Below, in pieces: positions 46,316 to 57,333 of a stretch of DNA of 58,825 nucleotides. The position numbers and the translations under genes are program-made. Source of the DNA: an uncultured Nitrosomonadaceae bacterium (GTDB lineage: Bacteria > Chloroflexota > Anaerolineae > Anaerolineales > UBA11858). Positions within the stretch are counted from its first letter, which is position 1. Each line of letters opens with the position of its first letter. Location: NCBI GenBank assembly GCA_964195965.1, contig CAXMRF010000004.1:1-58825 (forward strand), read 5' to 3'. The notes beneath the pieces are model-generated. The model saw only the letters and a program-made list of their open reading frames with translations, was not told where the DNA came from and made no database searches.

Positions 46316-46694
46316 CAGTCATCACAATATTTTCAAAATGTTGAATATCCGGTGGTTCTGATTTAGCATATCGCAAGATCGCAATTACATCCACCTGCCA
46401 GTTATCCCCATAGGTTGGCTGCTGTTGAAGAAAATTATCAATAGCACCGCGCATATGTTTCCATTTCTTCTTCGTAAAAGACTCTTCTGGATAACCAAAA
46501 CGATCACTGGTGCGGGTTTTTACCTCTACAAAGACCAGAATTTCCTCACCATCTTCTTCCCATAAGGCAATCAAATCAATTTCACCGACGGGAGTAAAAA
46601 AATTCCTATCTACAATCAAATAGCCTTTTCCTTCTAGAAATTCAGCTGCAATTTCCTCACCCCAACGGCCAATTTTTTGATTATAGTTCTTCAT
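46302..46694 (-). CDS. yraN: YraN-family (UPF0102) endonuclease-like protein
   Basis: GRWGEEIAAEFLEGKGY...GEIDLIA...VFVEVKTR motif. 14-nt overlap with miaA. Confidence 0.8.
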   Translation of the reverse strand: MKNYNQKIGRWGEEIAAEFLEGKGYLIVDRNFFTPVGEIDLIALWEEDGEEILVFVEVKTRTSDRFGYPEESFTKKKWKHMRGAIDNFLQQQPTYGDNWQVDVIAILRYAKSEPPDIQHFENIVMTDDSE

Positions 46695-46796
46695 TTTGAA
46701 CTGGATGAAATGGACCCAGCTCCCTTATTTAGTTTAACACAAAGCAACCTGATAAAAAGCAACCCTCAAAAGAAAACTTCAAGGTAGAATGAGACT

Positions 46797-47618
46797 ATGA
46801 ATGATATCAAGAACCAGTTGCCAGATCTTAATCGACTCAGCATTCTGGTTTCAACCATTCTTCTGGCATATACACTGACCCATTTTGTTTCCATTCCTAC
46901 ACAGGAGATTAATTTTTCATTATTGGGAATTTTTTTCACTATCCAAATTAATTTTTCTACTCTTGTTTCTTTATTAGTCACAGGTTTAACCGCATCGGGT
47001 TCTGCCTGGCTGCTGCAAGACCATCCAGCTCGTATGGAATCAGAGGAAACCGTAATCCACTGGATACTGCCTTCCCTAACTTCTCTAGTGCTCATGTTAG
47101 CAATCAATCAGCTGCCTTTTGGCAGTATTTGGTGGCTGGCAGCAGCTGCCAGTGGCATCAGCCTTATGTTAGTATTGGTTGCTGAATATATAGTTCTGGA
47201 CCCAAACAACAGATTTTTTTCTCCAGCAGAAATGGGAATCACAGCCCTTTCAATAGTTTTATTCCTAATTCTGGCTATCTCCCTGCATGCGGCAGAGATC
47301 CGATTGTTTTATCGGGTACCATTCCTCTCTGTTGCTGCCCTCCTGGTCTATCTGCGAGTCATCCATCTTCGGGAAAAAGGAGTTTGGGCATTTACCAAGG
47401 GTTCGGTATCTTTCCTGTTAATCGGTGAATTCGCTGCTGGATTACATTACCTGCCCATAGGATCGATTGGATTTGGGATAGCTTTGGCTGGACCTCTTTA
47501 TGCATTGATCGAGATTAGTGACCTTAAAACTGAAGAAAATTTGACATTTCAGCTTGGTGATATTTTCTGGCCTTTAATAATATTAATCCTTTCATGGGGA
47601 ATCGCATTTTTTATCTAA
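46797..47618 (+). CDS. Polytopic membrane protein, unknown function
   Basis: 273-aa ORF with about 8 hydrophobic segments. No motif recognised. Confidence 0.5.
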   Translation: MNDIKNQLPDLNRLSILVSTILLAYTLTHFVSIPTQEINFSLLGIFFTIQINFSTLVSLLVTGLTASGSAWLLQDHPARMESEETVIHWILPSLTSLVLMLAINQLPFGSIWWLAAAASGISLMLVLVAEYIVLDPNNRFFSPAEMGITALSIVLFLILAISLHAAEIRLFYRVPFLSVAALLVYLRVIHLREKGVWAFTKGSVSFLLIGEFAAGLHYLPIGSIGFGIALAGPLYALIEISDLKTEENLTFQLGDIFWPLIILILSWGIAFFI

Positions 47619-47691
47619 ACGTTTCTTCCTGGATTAAACCGTGTTAATGATTATGTCCTTCTCTACCTAAATATTTCAGGGAGTTTTAGCT

Positions 47692-48354
47692 ATGATTGTG
47701 TTTTTACAAATCGGCGTTCTTGTATTAGCTTACGTGCTAGGTTCAATCCCCTTTGGATTTATCCTGGTTAAGGTATTTACAGGTAAAGATGTCCGAAAAA
47801 TTGAAAGCGGTCGTACGGGCGGCACCAATTCTATGCGTGCAGCAGGATTCCCGATTGGTTTAGCGACTTCCATTCTTGATATCCTAAAAAGCGCTCTTGC
47901 CGTCTCCATTGCCAGATATTTCTTTCTTGATGGATTCTGGCTCCATGTAATTGCAGGTTTTTTTGCGGTGATTGGTCATAATTTTTCCATTTTCATGATC
48001 TCAAAAGATGCCAATGGGAAGATCAAAGTGGGCGGAGGTGCTGGTGGAACCCCTGCTGCAGGTGCGATAGTTGGATTGTGGTGGCCCAGCTTCTTTATCC
48101 TTGTCCCCGTAGGATATTTGATGGTGATGGTCGTTGGTTATGCTTCCCTGGCAACATTGAGCTTACCGTTAATTGGAAGCCTGATTTTCTTAATCAGATT
48201 TATAAGAATAGACGAACCCTGGGAATATATTTTCTCAGGTTTGTTATCAGAAATATTAATCGTTTGGGCATTAAGGCCAAATATAAAACGGCTGCTTAAT
48301 GGCACAGAACGTATCGTTGGATTTCGCGCTAAAAGAAAATCCAAACAAACCTAA
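47692..48354 (+). CDS. plsY: Glycerol-3-phosphate acyltransferase PlsY
   Basis: YVLGSIPFGFIL, SGRTGGTNSMR, and GHNFSIF motifs. Confidence 0.85.
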   Translation: MIVFLQIGVLVLAYVLGSIPFGFILVKVFTGKDVRKIESGRTGGTNSMRAAGFPIGLATSILDILKSALAVSIARYFFLDGFWLHVIAGFFAVIGHNFSIFMISKDANGKIKVGGGAGGTPAAGAIVGLWWPSFFILVPVGYLMVMVVGYASLATLSLPLIGSLIFLIRFIRIDEPWEYIFSGLLSEILIVWALRPNIKRLLNGTERIVGFRAKRKSKQT

Positions 48355-48366
48355 ACAAGGCAAACT

Positions 48367-48404
48367 TAAAGGTCCTGGCGATATCCCACCAGGACCTTTA
48401 TTTT
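48367..48404. terminator. Bidirectional terminator between convergent genes
   Basis: Perfect 12-bp stem taaaggtcctgg / ccaggaccttta with a 10-nt loop, followed by tttt. Confidence 0.65.
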
Positions 48405-48424
48405 ATAATCTTCTCTAATAATTT

Positions 48425-49279
48425 TCAGGAATCAAAATCTTCAGGCTCATTCTCATGGATTTTACGGTAAAGGTGCCGCAAATTCTGCTGGTGGATTTCT
48501 TCCGCCGCTCCCCCGAGCAAGATCCGGCTTTTACCACAAACTTCAATTGTTTTCTCTTTAAGATATTCCGCGGGAAATTCAACCTGGGAAGCATCTTGAA
48601 CTATCTTCTCAATTTTATCCAGGTACTCAATCCTATCTTGTATACATGAATGTACCTCTCCGCGGAGAATGACCTCACCATGTCCCTGGACCACATTTTC
48701 AAGGGTCAAAGAGTCAATTTTATTCAGGGAATTCCTCATAATATCCGCATCCCCATCAACAATATGTGGAATAGGCATCCAGACATCTCCAGCAAATAAT
48801 ACTTCATCTTCAACAACATAGACGCCAATACCATCAGGGCTATGTCCGGGAAGTTCAATGATTCTTAAAGTTTTCTCTCCAACAATTAATTCCAGCACAC
48901 CAGTATCCAGTGTCAAATGAGGTAGGACAAGCTGGGTTTTCTGAAACATTTTATCCATTTCTAGCGCAGCATTAAGGGATGCCTGCCCATAATTCTCCAT
49001 ATATTCCCTGCAAAGGCCATGACTGAGGACATAAGCACCTGGAAAGAAACAATTTCCCCAGCTGTGATCTGCATGATAATGGGTATTGATCACATAACGG
49101 ACCTTCCGCTTTAAATCCTCCTCAATGAACTCCCGAATGGCAAGGGATTCTTCCGGAAATGCCAGCGTATCAATCACAACCGCCCATTCCTGACCGATTA
49201 TAGCGCCTGCATTAACTTGCGCGTAAACATCACTCTGGAATGTATATACATCATCAGCCACTCGTTCACGATGAATCAT
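48425..49279 (-). CDS. MBL-fold metallo-hydrolase
   Basis: THYHADH (HxHxDH) motif. Confidence 0.8.
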   Translation of the reverse strand: MIHRERVADDVYTFQSDVYAQVNAGAIIGQEWAVVIDTLAFPEESLAIREFIEEDLKRKVRYVINTHYHADHSWGNCFFPGAYVLSHGLCREYMENYGQASLNAALEMDKMFQKTQLVLPHLTLDTGVLELIVGEKTLRIIELPGHSPDGIGVYVVEDEVLFAGDVWMPIPHIVDGDADIMRNSLNKIDSLTLENVVQGHGEVILRGEVHSCIQDRIEYLDKIEKIVQDASQVEFPAEYLKEKTIEVCGKSRILLGGAAEEIHQQNLRHLYRKIHENEPEDFDS

Positions 49280-49469
49280 ATAATCTGATGCCCTCCCTAT
49301 CGTTTTTCAATGAAAAATGCAGTTTTTCTCGCCTGTCAATAACCCAAAGAATAGCATATTTCAAGGGTGAAAGTCAAGAAATTTTAAGGTTTCATCGATG
49401 GTCACTCTCTAAACAAGCCCCAGGTTATCGATTAACAAAGATTTTTCACCCAGATATACACCTGCCCGG

Positions 49470-49498
49470 TTGACTTGGGCAGTTTCTACAGGTATAAT
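49470..49498 (+). promoter_or_regulatory. Sigma70-type promoter of the valS leader
   Basis: TTGACT-17 nt-TATAAT. Confidence 0.55.
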
Positions 49499-49504
49499 GC
49501 TGAA

Positions 49505-49792
49505 AATTGAAAATTGACCCATAACCGGGTAGAGTACAAGGAAAAGCACTGGTAGAGATGGGAGGTCACAGGCTGAAAACCCCCTCAGTGAATCCCCTGG
49601 AATGTCCCCCGGCTGGTTTGTCGAAGAAATTTGTAATTTGCAAAGAGTAGAACGACACGGGTGAGCCCGTTACAGCGAAATCCTGTGGATTTTCCCAGGA
49701 ACCGAGTGTGTGTCTTGAAAAACACAAACTGAGGTGGTACCGCGGAAGGAAGTTAAAACCCTTTTCGTCCTCATTGGATGAAAGGGTTTTTT
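49505..49792 (+). promoter_or_regulatory. T-box riboswitch leader of valS
   Basis: AGAGA and AGUGAA stem I elements, F-box CCGUUA, and T-box core CUGAGGUGGUACCGCGG (49727..49745). The terminator is cccttttcgtcc/ggatgaaaggg followed by UUUUUUU. The specifier codon was not resolved. Confidence 0.8.
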
Positions 49793-49863
49793 TATTTAAC
49801 TTAAGCTAACAACCGGATTCACCAAGATTCATTGTTCTTATAGCTTATCGGATGGAGAATATT

Positions 49864-52563
49864 ATGTTGCCAAAAACCTACGATTTTAAAGCCGCAGAAG
49901 CACGTTTATATCAATTCTGGGAGGAAAATGGATATTTTAAACCCAGCAATGATCCTAACCTGCCAGAACATGATCCGACTAAAAAACCTTATGTGATCAG
50001 CATTCCCCCACCCAATGTGACTGGCATCCTGCATTTAGGCCATGTCCTGTTTGTAACTCTGGAAGACCTGATGATCCGGCACCAACGCATGAAGGGAGTA
50101 CCCACTCTCTGGGTTCCTGGAACAGATCACGCTGGGATAGCTACCCAGCTTCAGGTAGAGATGAAGCTTAAGGACCAAGGCACAAGCCGGGAAGAAGTTG
50201 GCCGAGAAAAATTTCTGGAAGAAACCTGGCAATGGAAAAAAGAACATGGCGGCGTAATTGTCGAACAAATCCGCCGATTGGGCGCATCCTGCGATTGGAG
50301 CCGGGAGCGGTTCACCCTGGATGAAGGACTCTCCAGAGCAGTCCGGGAAGCTTTTGTACATTTATACGAAAAGGGATTGATTTACCGCGGTCCCCGCTTG
50401 ATAAACTGGTCACCCTCCCTGCAAACTGCTGTTTCTGATTTGGAAGTTGAGCATTCGGAAGAAAATGGGAAACTGTACTACTTTAAATATCAATTGGCTG
50501 AAAATCCTGAGGTTTTTATTCCAATTGCCACAACTAGACCAGAAACTATTTTGGCAGATACTGCTGTTGCTGTCCATCCAGATGATGATCGTTACAAACA
50601 TTTCATCGGTAAGAAGGTGTTGGTACCAATCCTTGGACGTGAAATTCCCGTAATTGGAGACGAATATGTCAGTGTGGAATTTGGAACCGGCGCATTAAAA
50701 ATCACGCCAGGCCACGATCCAAATGACTACGAAATTGGATTAAGACATAACCTTGATCTGCTCTCGATGCTGGACAAAAAAGCCCGGGTGACTGAAGTTG
50801 GAGGACCGTACCAGGGACAGGATCGTTTTGAGGCCAGAAAAAATCTTTGGCAGGATATGAAAACTGCTGGACTGGTGATAAAAGAGGAAGATTATCTCCA
50901 CCAGGTGCCCAGGGCGCAACGCGGGGGAGAAATTATTGAACCGATGATTTCCACCCAATGGTTTGTGGAGATCGCCCCACTGGCTGAAAAAGCCCTTAAA
51001 GCGGTCAAAGAAGAAGATATCGAGATTATCCCTGAACGGTTTAAGAAAGTCTATTACAACTGGATGGAAAACATTCATGATTGGTGCATCAGCCGCCAAT
51101 TGTGGTGGGGCCACCGTATCCCTGTCTGGTATTGTGATGACTGCAGCGAATTAACTGTTGCCCGGGAAGATCCTTCATCTTGCCAGGCTTGCGGCAGTAA
51201 TAATATCCACCAGGATCCTGATGTACTTGATACCTGGTTCTCTTCTGCATTGTGGCCTTTTTCAACTCTGGGTTGGCCGGACGAAACTCCAGACTTAAAA
51301 TACTTCTTCCCCACGACCATGATGGAAACGGGTTATGATATTTTGTTTTTCTGGGTCGCACGGATGATCATGTTCAGCCTGGAACTGACCGGGATAGCAC
51401 CATTTAATATCATCTATCTGCACGGTTTGGTATTGGATGAACACGGCCAGAAAATGAGCAAATCCAAAGGCAACGTAATTAATCCCATAGATGTAATGAA
51501 TGATATGGGTACCGATGCAGTCCGGTTTACTATGTTAGTTGGCTCAACTCCCGGCGTGAATACGAATCTTAGTTTGCAAAAAGTGGAAGCAAATCGCAAT
51601 TTTGCCAACAAAATCTGGAATGCCGGGAGGTTTGTTCTGGGCAACCTCGAGAAAGCTCCTGCTGCTCCTGAAAATGACCCGGATTGGACCCTGGCAGATT
51701 CCTGGATCTGGTCCAGAATGCAGGATCTTGTACGCAATGTGGATAGGCTTTTTAACAATCATCAATATGGCGAAGCAGGACGTTACATCTATGATTTCTT
51801 CTGGGGCGAATACGCGGATTGGTATCTGGAAGCCGCCAAACAGCAAATAATTGAGGGTGGTGATCGAGCATTTTATACGATCGAAACCTTGATTAAGATT
51901 TTTGATTTAAGTATGCGCCTCCTGCATCCTTTCACACCTTTCGTAACTGAGGAGCTCTGGCAGCACCTTAAAGAAGCAGTCCAAATTTCTCCCTTTAAAA
52001 CCCGCATCCCGGATTGGCCTGAGGCATTGATGATATCCTCCTGGCCCGAACCCAGGCCTATTGAAAACTGGGAAAAAGACAAGGTCAAGAGTTTTGAGCT
52101 TATTCAGGACATAGTCCGCTCCATTCGGAATTTGCGGGCAGAAAAAAATATCAAGCCCGGCAAGTTAATCCCGGCAAATCTGGTTGCAGGCGATTTCACG
52201 TCCATGCTGAAAGAAGAACTTGGCAGCCTGGCAACATTAGCCCAGTTAGATTCCGATCAAGTCACAATTGTTGCCAAATTAGACGAGATACCCCAGGGAC
52301 AGATTGGCCTTGTGGCAGGACCGATTGAGATTTATCTCCCCCTCAGTGGGCTGGTAGACCTCAAAGAAGAAAGAAAACGGCTGTCTACCGAACTAGAAGA
52401 ACTTAAAGGACAAATCAAAAGACTGGAGGATTTGCTGGCAAGTCCTTTTGCGCAAAAAGCGCCTGAGGCGGTCGTCAACAAAGAAAAAGAGAAGCTGGCC
52501 AACTATCAGGAAACAGCAGGCACACTCCAGGTACAGATAAATAACCTCGAAGAAATAACTTGA
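49864..52563 (+). CDS. valS: Valine-tRNA ligase
   Basis: PPPNVTGILHLGH and KMSKSKGN motifs, with a C-terminal coiled coil. ATG 49864 sits 6 nt after a GGAG and is preferred over 49852. Confidence 0.95.
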   Translation: MLPKTYDFKAAEARLYQFWEENGYFKPSNDPNLPEHDPTKKPYVISIPPPNVTGILHLGHVLFVTLEDLMIRHQRMKGVPTLWVPGTDHAGIATQLQVEMKLKDQGTSREEVGREKFLEETWQWKKEHGGVIVEQIRRLGASCDWSRERFTLDEGLSRAVREAFVHLYEKGLIYRGPRLINWSPSLQTAVSDLEVEHSEENGKLYYFKYQLAENPEVFIPIATTRPETILADTAVAVHPDDDRYKHFIGKKVLVPILGREIPVIGDEYVSVEFGTGALKITPGHDPNDYEIGLRHNLDLLSMLDKKARVTEVGGPYQGQDRFEARKNLWQDMKTAGLVIKEEDYLHQVPRAQRGGEIIEPMISTQWFVEIAPLAEKALKAVKEEDIEIIPERFKKVYYNWMENIHDWCISRQLWWGHRIPVWYCDDCSELTVAREDPSSCQACGSNNIHQDPDVLDTWFSSALWPFSTLGWPDETPDLKYFFPTTMMETGYDILFFWVARMIMFSLELTGIAPFNIIYLHGLVLDEHGQKMSKSKGNVINPIDVMNDMGTDAVRFTMLVGSTPGVNTNLSLQKVEANRNFANKIWNAGRFVLGNLEKAPAAPENDPDWTLADSWIWSRMQDLVRNVDRLFNNHQYGEAGRYIYDFFWGEYADWYLEAAKQQIIEGGDRAFYTIETLIKIFDLSMRLLHPFTPFVTEELWQHLKEAVQISPFKTRIPDWPEALMISSWPEPRPIENWEKDKVKSFELIQDIVRSIRNLRAEKNIKPGKLIPANLVAGDFTSMLKEELGSLATLAQLDSDQVTIVAKLDEIPQGQIGLVAGPIEIYLPLSGLVDLKEERKRLSTELEELKGQIKRLEDLLASPFAQKAPEAVVNKEKEKLANYQETAGTLQVQINNLEEIT

Positions 52564-52609
52564 TAAATAAGGAAACTTCCTGGAGCGTAACTCAACGGCA
52601 AAAGAAGAT

Positions 52610-53191
52610 ATGGGGCGATTAATGATATTCAAAAAGATATCTGAATGGATCCATCAAATAACAACCGCTTGGGTGATGTCAATCAGCCTGGTAATTATGG
52701 TTTTGTTTATGATTTTTGTACTGCCGAATCAGGCAAAATCTTCACTCATGGAGACAGGAAGCAGTCAATCACCAGACACTACTTTCTTTTACACGCCGGG
52801 TGAGTTATATCAAATAGCAATAGATTATGGAGAAGATGGCAGGCAGGCTTATGTTGTGACCCGATGGACTTTTGATCTGATCTATCCATTAGTATATACA
52901 GGATTCTTAGTATTTGGGATCAGCTGGTTTACCCAAAAACTAACCAATTGGCCTGCAATATGGAAATTAGGAAATCTTATTCCTCTTTTGGCTGGAATTT
53001 TCGATTTTCTGGAAAATTCGATGACCTCGCTTGTGATGATTTTATTCCCCACCCGGATAGAAGGGATTCTAATCCTGGCAACCACCTTCACACCGATCAA
53101 ATGGATTTTGGTCAGTGGAAGTTTTATCCTCTATTTCATCGTTGGCACCGCAGCTCTATTTGGCTGGATCAATTCCAGAAAGAACAGCTAA
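52610..53191 (+). CDS. Membrane protein, unknown function
   Basis: 193-aa ORF with about 5 hydrophobic segments. No motif recognised. Confidence 0.5.
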   Translation: MGRLMIFKKISEWIHQITTAWVMSISLVIMVLFMIFVLPNQAKSSLMETGSSQSPDTTFFYTPGELYQIAIDYGEDGRQAYVVTRWTFDLIYPLVYTGFLVFGISWFTQKLTNWPAIWKLGNLIPLLAGIFDFLENSMTSLVMILFPTRIEGILILATTFTPIKWILVSGSFILYFIVGTAALFGWINSRKNS

Positions 53192-53254
53192 CGGACTGGC
53201 TTATTTCCTCCTCTCGATCAAGAATAGATATCAACTCATCATCTTAATTAAAAA

Positions 53255-53290
53255 GGATGCCGCATCCCGTTAATCTAGGATGCGGCATCC
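53255..53290. terminator. Bidirectional terminator between convergent genes
   Basis: Perfect 13-bp stem ggatgccgcatcc / ggatgcggcatcc with a 10-nt loop. Confidence 0.6.
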
Positions 53291-53315
53291 AATACTTTTA
53301 CGATTTCACAGCCTT

Positions 53316-53750
53316 TTAATTATTCAATGCAATCAATTTGATCCCCGCCTGCGATAGAAAATCCAGTGAGCGATCATCCTGGTATTCTTTGGCATAGACA
53401 ATTTCTGATATCCCAGCATTTATAATTGTTTTAGCACAGTTAAAACAGGGCTGGTGGGTGACATAAATAGTTGCTGCCTCGGTGATCACACCATGAAGCG
53501 CAGCCTGGATAATCGCATTTTGTTCGGCGTGAAGGGTGCGCACACAATGCCCGTTATCCATTAAACATCCCACCTCTAAACAATGCGGCAACCCGCGAGG
53601 ACTGCCATTATATCCTGTAGTCAGGATGCGTTTTTCCCGAACTATCACTGCCCCCACCTGGGCTCTTTCACAAGTGCTGCGTTTGGCCACTTCAAGGGCA
53701 ATATTCATAAAATATTCATTCCACGAAGGACGGTTTCCATTATTACTCAT
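53316..53750 (-). CDS. comEB: dCMP deaminase (ComEB-type)
   Basis: HAEQNAI and PCFNCAK zinc-ligand motifs. Confidence 0.85.
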   Translation of the reverse strand: MSNNGNRPSWNEYFMNIALEVAKRSTCERAQVGAVIVREKRILTTGYNGSPRGLPHCLEVGCLMDNGHCVRTLHAEQNAIIQAALHGVITEAATIYVTHQPCFNCAKTIINAGISEIVYAKEYQDDRSLDFLSQAGIKLIALNN

Positions 53751-53799
53751 ACCGTATCTCCTTATCCATTGGGAGGATTATCTTTAATTTTATTCCGGC

Positions 53800-54558
53800 T
53801 TATTTAATTAAGAATCCAGACTGAATGATAGTATCCCGTAAATGCGGCCTGGAGGGTTTACTGGACCTTCTAGCAGTATGTTCCATCCAGCCATAGAGAG
53901 CTGGATCCTGATCCTGTTTATCCACCTGGCGTCCCCCGTAAATACCTGTCTCAATCATCGCCTGGTCATATTCCAACAAATATTGCAGATCGTCTTCCTG
54001 GTACGATTCCCGGTGCATTACAGCGCCCAGCGGAAGCCGGGGACGGAGCATTGGGGTTTCCTCAGGCCATCCAAGGGTCATGCCACAGACGGGGTAGACC
54101 AATTGAGGTAAATCAAAAAGCTCGATCACCTCATTGGGTTGATTGCGCAGCGCGCCGATAAAACAAAAACCCAAACCGAGTGATTCTGCTGCCAGGGCGG
54201 CATTTTGCATGGCAATGGCAGCATCCACAGCAGCCATCAAAAAGTTTTCCATGTATCCGGCATCCAATGTGTACCCCTGGTGTGAACAGACCCGCTGCAA
54301 GCGGCTAAAATCCGCACACCACAACAGAAAAACTGGCGCCTGTGATATATGAACTTGTCCTCCACTTATTTCCTGAAGTTTTTCTTTTTTTTCCGGGTCG
54401 GTTGTGATAACCACGCTGTAGGTTTGTAAATTTGAGGAACTGGATGCTCTCTGGGCAGAGGCAACTACCTGTTCGACCCATTCTTCAGGCACAGCTTCCG
54501 CTGTATAGTTCCTGACAGATCCATGCTGATTAATTAAATCAATCGTCGGGGTACTCAT
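53800..54558 (-). CDS. NfsA-like NAD(P)H nitroreductase
   Basis: HGSVRNYT, QRASSSSNLQ and FLLWCADF pattern. Confidence 0.8.
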   Translation of the reverse strand: MSTPTIDLINQHGSVRNYTAEAVPEEWVEQVVASAQRASSSSNLQTYSVVITTDPEKKEKLQEISGGQVHISQAPVFLLWCADFSRLQRVCSHQGYTLDAGYMENFLMAAVDAAIAMQNAALAAESLGLGFCFIGALRNQPNEVIELFDLPQLVYPVCGMTLGWPEETPMLRPRLPLGAVMHRESYQEDDLQYLLEYDQAMIETGIYGGRQVDKQDQDPALYGWMEHTARRSSKPSRPHLRDTIIQSGFLIK

Positions 54559-54626
54559 TCTAATCCTCCATGGATTAGCACCAGTTTGCTGTTTATGGAT
54601 ATATTGGAATTCCGAAAAGAATCAGT

Positions 54627-57173
54627 TCAGCATTCGCTGTAGCCGCAGGAATAACATTTCCGGCAGCCTTCTTCATTTACCAGGGCTGCTTGTCCGCATT
54701 CTGGACAAAGATCTCCAACTTCCAGCCAACTTTCAGGTTGCCTGATCTCGTCGGTAGCTTCAATTTCCTCTGGGGATAATTCCTGGAACTTCCAACCTGT
54801 ATTTTCCAAGTATTCCTGGAGCGCTTGGGCAATGCCGTCTGGCAGAGACCTGACCCTGTTTGGGCCAAAGCCAGTTGGGCGCCGGCCTCCTATCCCAGAA
54901 AATTGTTGGTAGAGATAATCCAATCTTTGCCTGGGAGGTATGGGGGAAGACATCCGCAGGATGTAAGATAGCGATCGTCCAATCGCTTCAGACACGGCAG
55001 CTGTATCTGATCCAGCTTTTGCAGTATTGATAAAGACTTCAAATGGTTGCTGATCGCCATTTTCATTAATGGTCACATAGGTTTTCCCTAAAGGCGTTTG
55101 GATACTGTATGTATATCCCGTGAGGTGACGGGGGCGGGGTTTTTTCGCAACTTGCCATTTCTGAAGTTGAGTCTGGACTTCTTGCTGGGCGAACTCCTCT
55201 ACTACAGTGCCAGTCTCCAGAACCACCTTGTCCCTTGATCCGGTCACATAAACTGTGATCCCTTTACATCCAGATTCCCAGGCCAGAATATAGGCTTGGG
55301 AGACATCCTCCGGTTGAGCGGAGGATGAAAAATTTATTGTTTTGGAAATACTATTATCCACAAATGCCTGTAATGCAGCTTGAACCAGGATATGCTCCTC
55401 CGCAGTAATATCTCCGGAAACAACGAAAGTATTGCTGATGCTTTCAGGAAGAGAATCAATATCCTGGCAAGTCCCTTTTTCGAGGATAATATTGATTACA
55501 CGTTCTTTGGCTTCAGGGGACATTTCTGATTTATTGAGAGCTTCCTCAAAAAGCGGACTTGTATAGATCAAATCAAGCTCTCCATCACTTTCAATCACAT
55601 GACGCGTATATGCTAAAGCGAATACGGGTTCACAGCCATATCCTTCACAACCCGATACGGTAGCGATTGTTCCCGTTGGTGCAACTGTGGTTTGGGCAGC
55701 GTTGCGGATTCCGTGTTTTTTAATTCCTTTGACCACTTTATCCCAATCCAAAGTTGGCCTTCCCCAATCATTTTGATATTCTATGATGGATTGGGGTATT
55801 TCCCAATTTAAATTATTAGGATCATATCGGCTGCCTTCAATACCCGGGAAAGGTCCACGCTTTTCCGCTAAATGAATACTTGTTAACATGGCGTGGTAGC
55901 GAATAAACTCCATAATCTGGGCAGCAAATTCCTGTCCGCCAGGGGAACCATAACGGACTCCTGCCCTGTACATTAAATCTGCCAAGCCCATGATCCCCAA
56001 TCCGATCCGTCTGGCCCGGAAAGCAGCTTCTTTAAGTCGGGGGACAGCAGGTACATAAGCATTCGCATCTACAACATCATCCAGGAATTGGGTCGCGATC
56101 TTGATACTCTTCTTAAGTGCTTCCCAGTCTGGTGTGCCATCTTCCATACAATGCTGGCTAAGATTAATGGAGCCTAAGCAGCAATTTTCATATGGGCCAA
56201 GGTACTGCTCACCGCAGGGATTGGTTGCTTCTAAATCGTATAAATGAGGAATTGGATTGTCCCGATTGGCATGATCGAGAAACAACAAACCTGGTTCGCC
56301 ATTGTGATGCGAATGGTAAACAATCTTGTTAAATAAATCCCGCGCCCGGATTGTGTCATGAACGAGGATGGGTATTCCAGCGGCTTCAGCTTGTTCCAGG
56401 GTGCCATTAAACGATCGGTAGGGAGGATACTTTACGTCAGGAAATTTGAGTTCCCAGGTATCGTCATTTACAACCGCTTCCATAAAAGCATCTGTAATTC
56501 CTACGGAGATATTAAAATTTGTGATTGTGTTTTCATCTGATTTACAAGTGATAAAACTTTCAATATCGGGGTGATCAACCCGCAGCACCGCCATATTTGC
56601 ACCTCTGCGTGTTCCCCCCTGGGCAATCTCACCAAAAGCTTTGTCATACACCTTTAAGAAACCAACCGGTCCAGTTGCATGTCCCGAGGAGGCTTTGATC
56701 AATGATTTAGTGGGTCGCAGCCGGGAGAATGAAAACCCATTCCCTCCTCCGGTTTGTTGAATTAATGCCGCATCACGCAGGGTTTGGAAAATTCCATCAC
56801 TCCACTTTCCCATATCGTCGCTGATAGGAAGAACAAAACAAGCGGCCAGTTGGCCGAGTGGAGTTCCTGCCCCTGTAAAAGTGGGAGAATTAGGAAGAAA
56901 CCGTTTTGTTGCCAGCAATGTGAAGAATTCCTTGGCGGTTTTTTCAACATCGCCGCCCCATTTTTCTTCTTCAGCAGCAATATTGTAGGCCACACGCCAA
57001 AACGTGCCTTCCTTGGTCTCGACTGGCTGGCCATCGGCACCTTTTCTAATATAGCGTCGTGTGAAAACTTCAAGCGAATTATCAGTCAGCTCAACTTCCG
57101 GCAAACCTGCAGGCAGCGGTGGGATAGAGTTAACTGCAAATTCCTTCGCTTGGAGATCGACGTTTTTTCCCAT
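54627..57173 (-). CDS. nrdJ: Class II (adenosylcobalamin-dependent) ribonucleotide reductase
   Basis: 848-aa monomeric RNR pattern: NPCGEQ, TVAPTGT, and a C-terminal Cys-rich tail CPECG...[12 protein letters not shown]. Confidence 0.9.
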   Translation of the reverse strand: MGKNVDLQAKEFAVNSIPPLPAGLPEVELTDNSLEVFTRRYIRKGADGQPVETKEGTFWRVAYNIAAEEEKWGGDVEKTAKEFFTLLATKRFLPNSPTFTGAGTPLGQLAACFVLPISDDMGKWSDGIFQTLRDAALIQQTGGGNGFSFSRLRPTKSLIKASSGHATGPVGFLKVYDKAFGEIAQGGTRRGANMAVLRVDHPDIESFITCKSDENTITNFNISVGITDAFMEAVVNDDTWELKFPDVKYPPYRSFNGTLEQAEAAGIPILVHDTIRARDLFNKIVYHSHHNGEPGLLFLDHANRDNPIPHLYDLEATNPCGEQYLGPYENCCLGSINLSQHCMEDGTPDWEALKKSIKIATQFLDDVVDANAYVPAVPRLKEAAFRARRIGLGIMGLADLMYRAGVRYGSPGGQEFAAQIMEFIRYHAMLTSIHLAEKRGPFPGIEGSRYDPNNLNWEIPQSIIEYQNDWGRPTLDWDKVVKGIKKHGIRNAAQTTVAPTGTIATVSGCEGYGCEPVFALAYTRHVIESDGELDLIYTSPLFEEALNKSEMSPEAKERVINIILEKGTCQDIDSLPESISNTFVVSGDITAEEHILVQAALQAFVDNSISKTINFSSSAQPEDVSQAYILAWESGCKGITVYVTGSRDKVVLETGTVVEEFAQQEVQTQLQKWQVAKKPRPRHLTGYTYSIQTPLGKTYVTINENGDQQPFEVFINTAKAGSDTAAVSEAIGRSLSYILRMSSPIPPRQRLDYLYQQFSGIGGRRPTGFGPNRVRSLPDGIAQALQEYLENTGWKFQELSPEEIEATDEIRQPESWLEVGDLCPECGQAALVNEEGCRKCYSCGYSEC

Positions 57174-57243
57174 ATCATAGACTCCTGCATTGATTGATTA
57201 AGATAAAATAACTCAAAAAGTGACCACAATTCCAGTTCTGAAA

Positions 57244-57293
57244 ACACCCCCAGATGTGTGGGTAGAGAGTACGTATTCCCTTGTATATCAGGT
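57244..57293 (-). promoter_or_regulatory. Candidate NrdR-box pair in the nrdJ leader
   Basis: Box ACACCCCCAGATGTGT (57244..57259) keeps the ACAC...GTGT ends of the NrdR consensus. A second, weaker box CCCTTGTATATCAGGT lies at 57278..57293, with centres 34 bp apart. Confidence 0.3.
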
Positions 57294-57304
57294 TGAGTGG
57301 TCGT

Positions 57305-57333
57305 ATTCTAGCATAAGGAAACTGATATCGCAA
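57305..57333 (-). promoter_or_regulatory. Sigma70-type promoter of nrdJ
   Basis: The minus strand reads TTGCGA-17 nt-TAGAAT, which leaves a 5' UTR of about 125 nt. Confidence 0.5.

Noticed and set aside
49240-49473. + strand ORF (77 aa) in the 570-bp gap upstream of valS
   Set aside because: It overlaps the start of the MBL hydrolase gene and ends at the valS promoter. It has no SD and no motif. The promoter and T-box leader account for most of the gap.
57174-57304. Cobalamin riboswitch in the long nrdJ 5' UTR
   Set aside because: I could not see a B12-box-like core. In addition, B12 riboswitches normally repress B12-independent isozymes or B12 uptake and synthesis genes, not the B12-dependent class II reductase.
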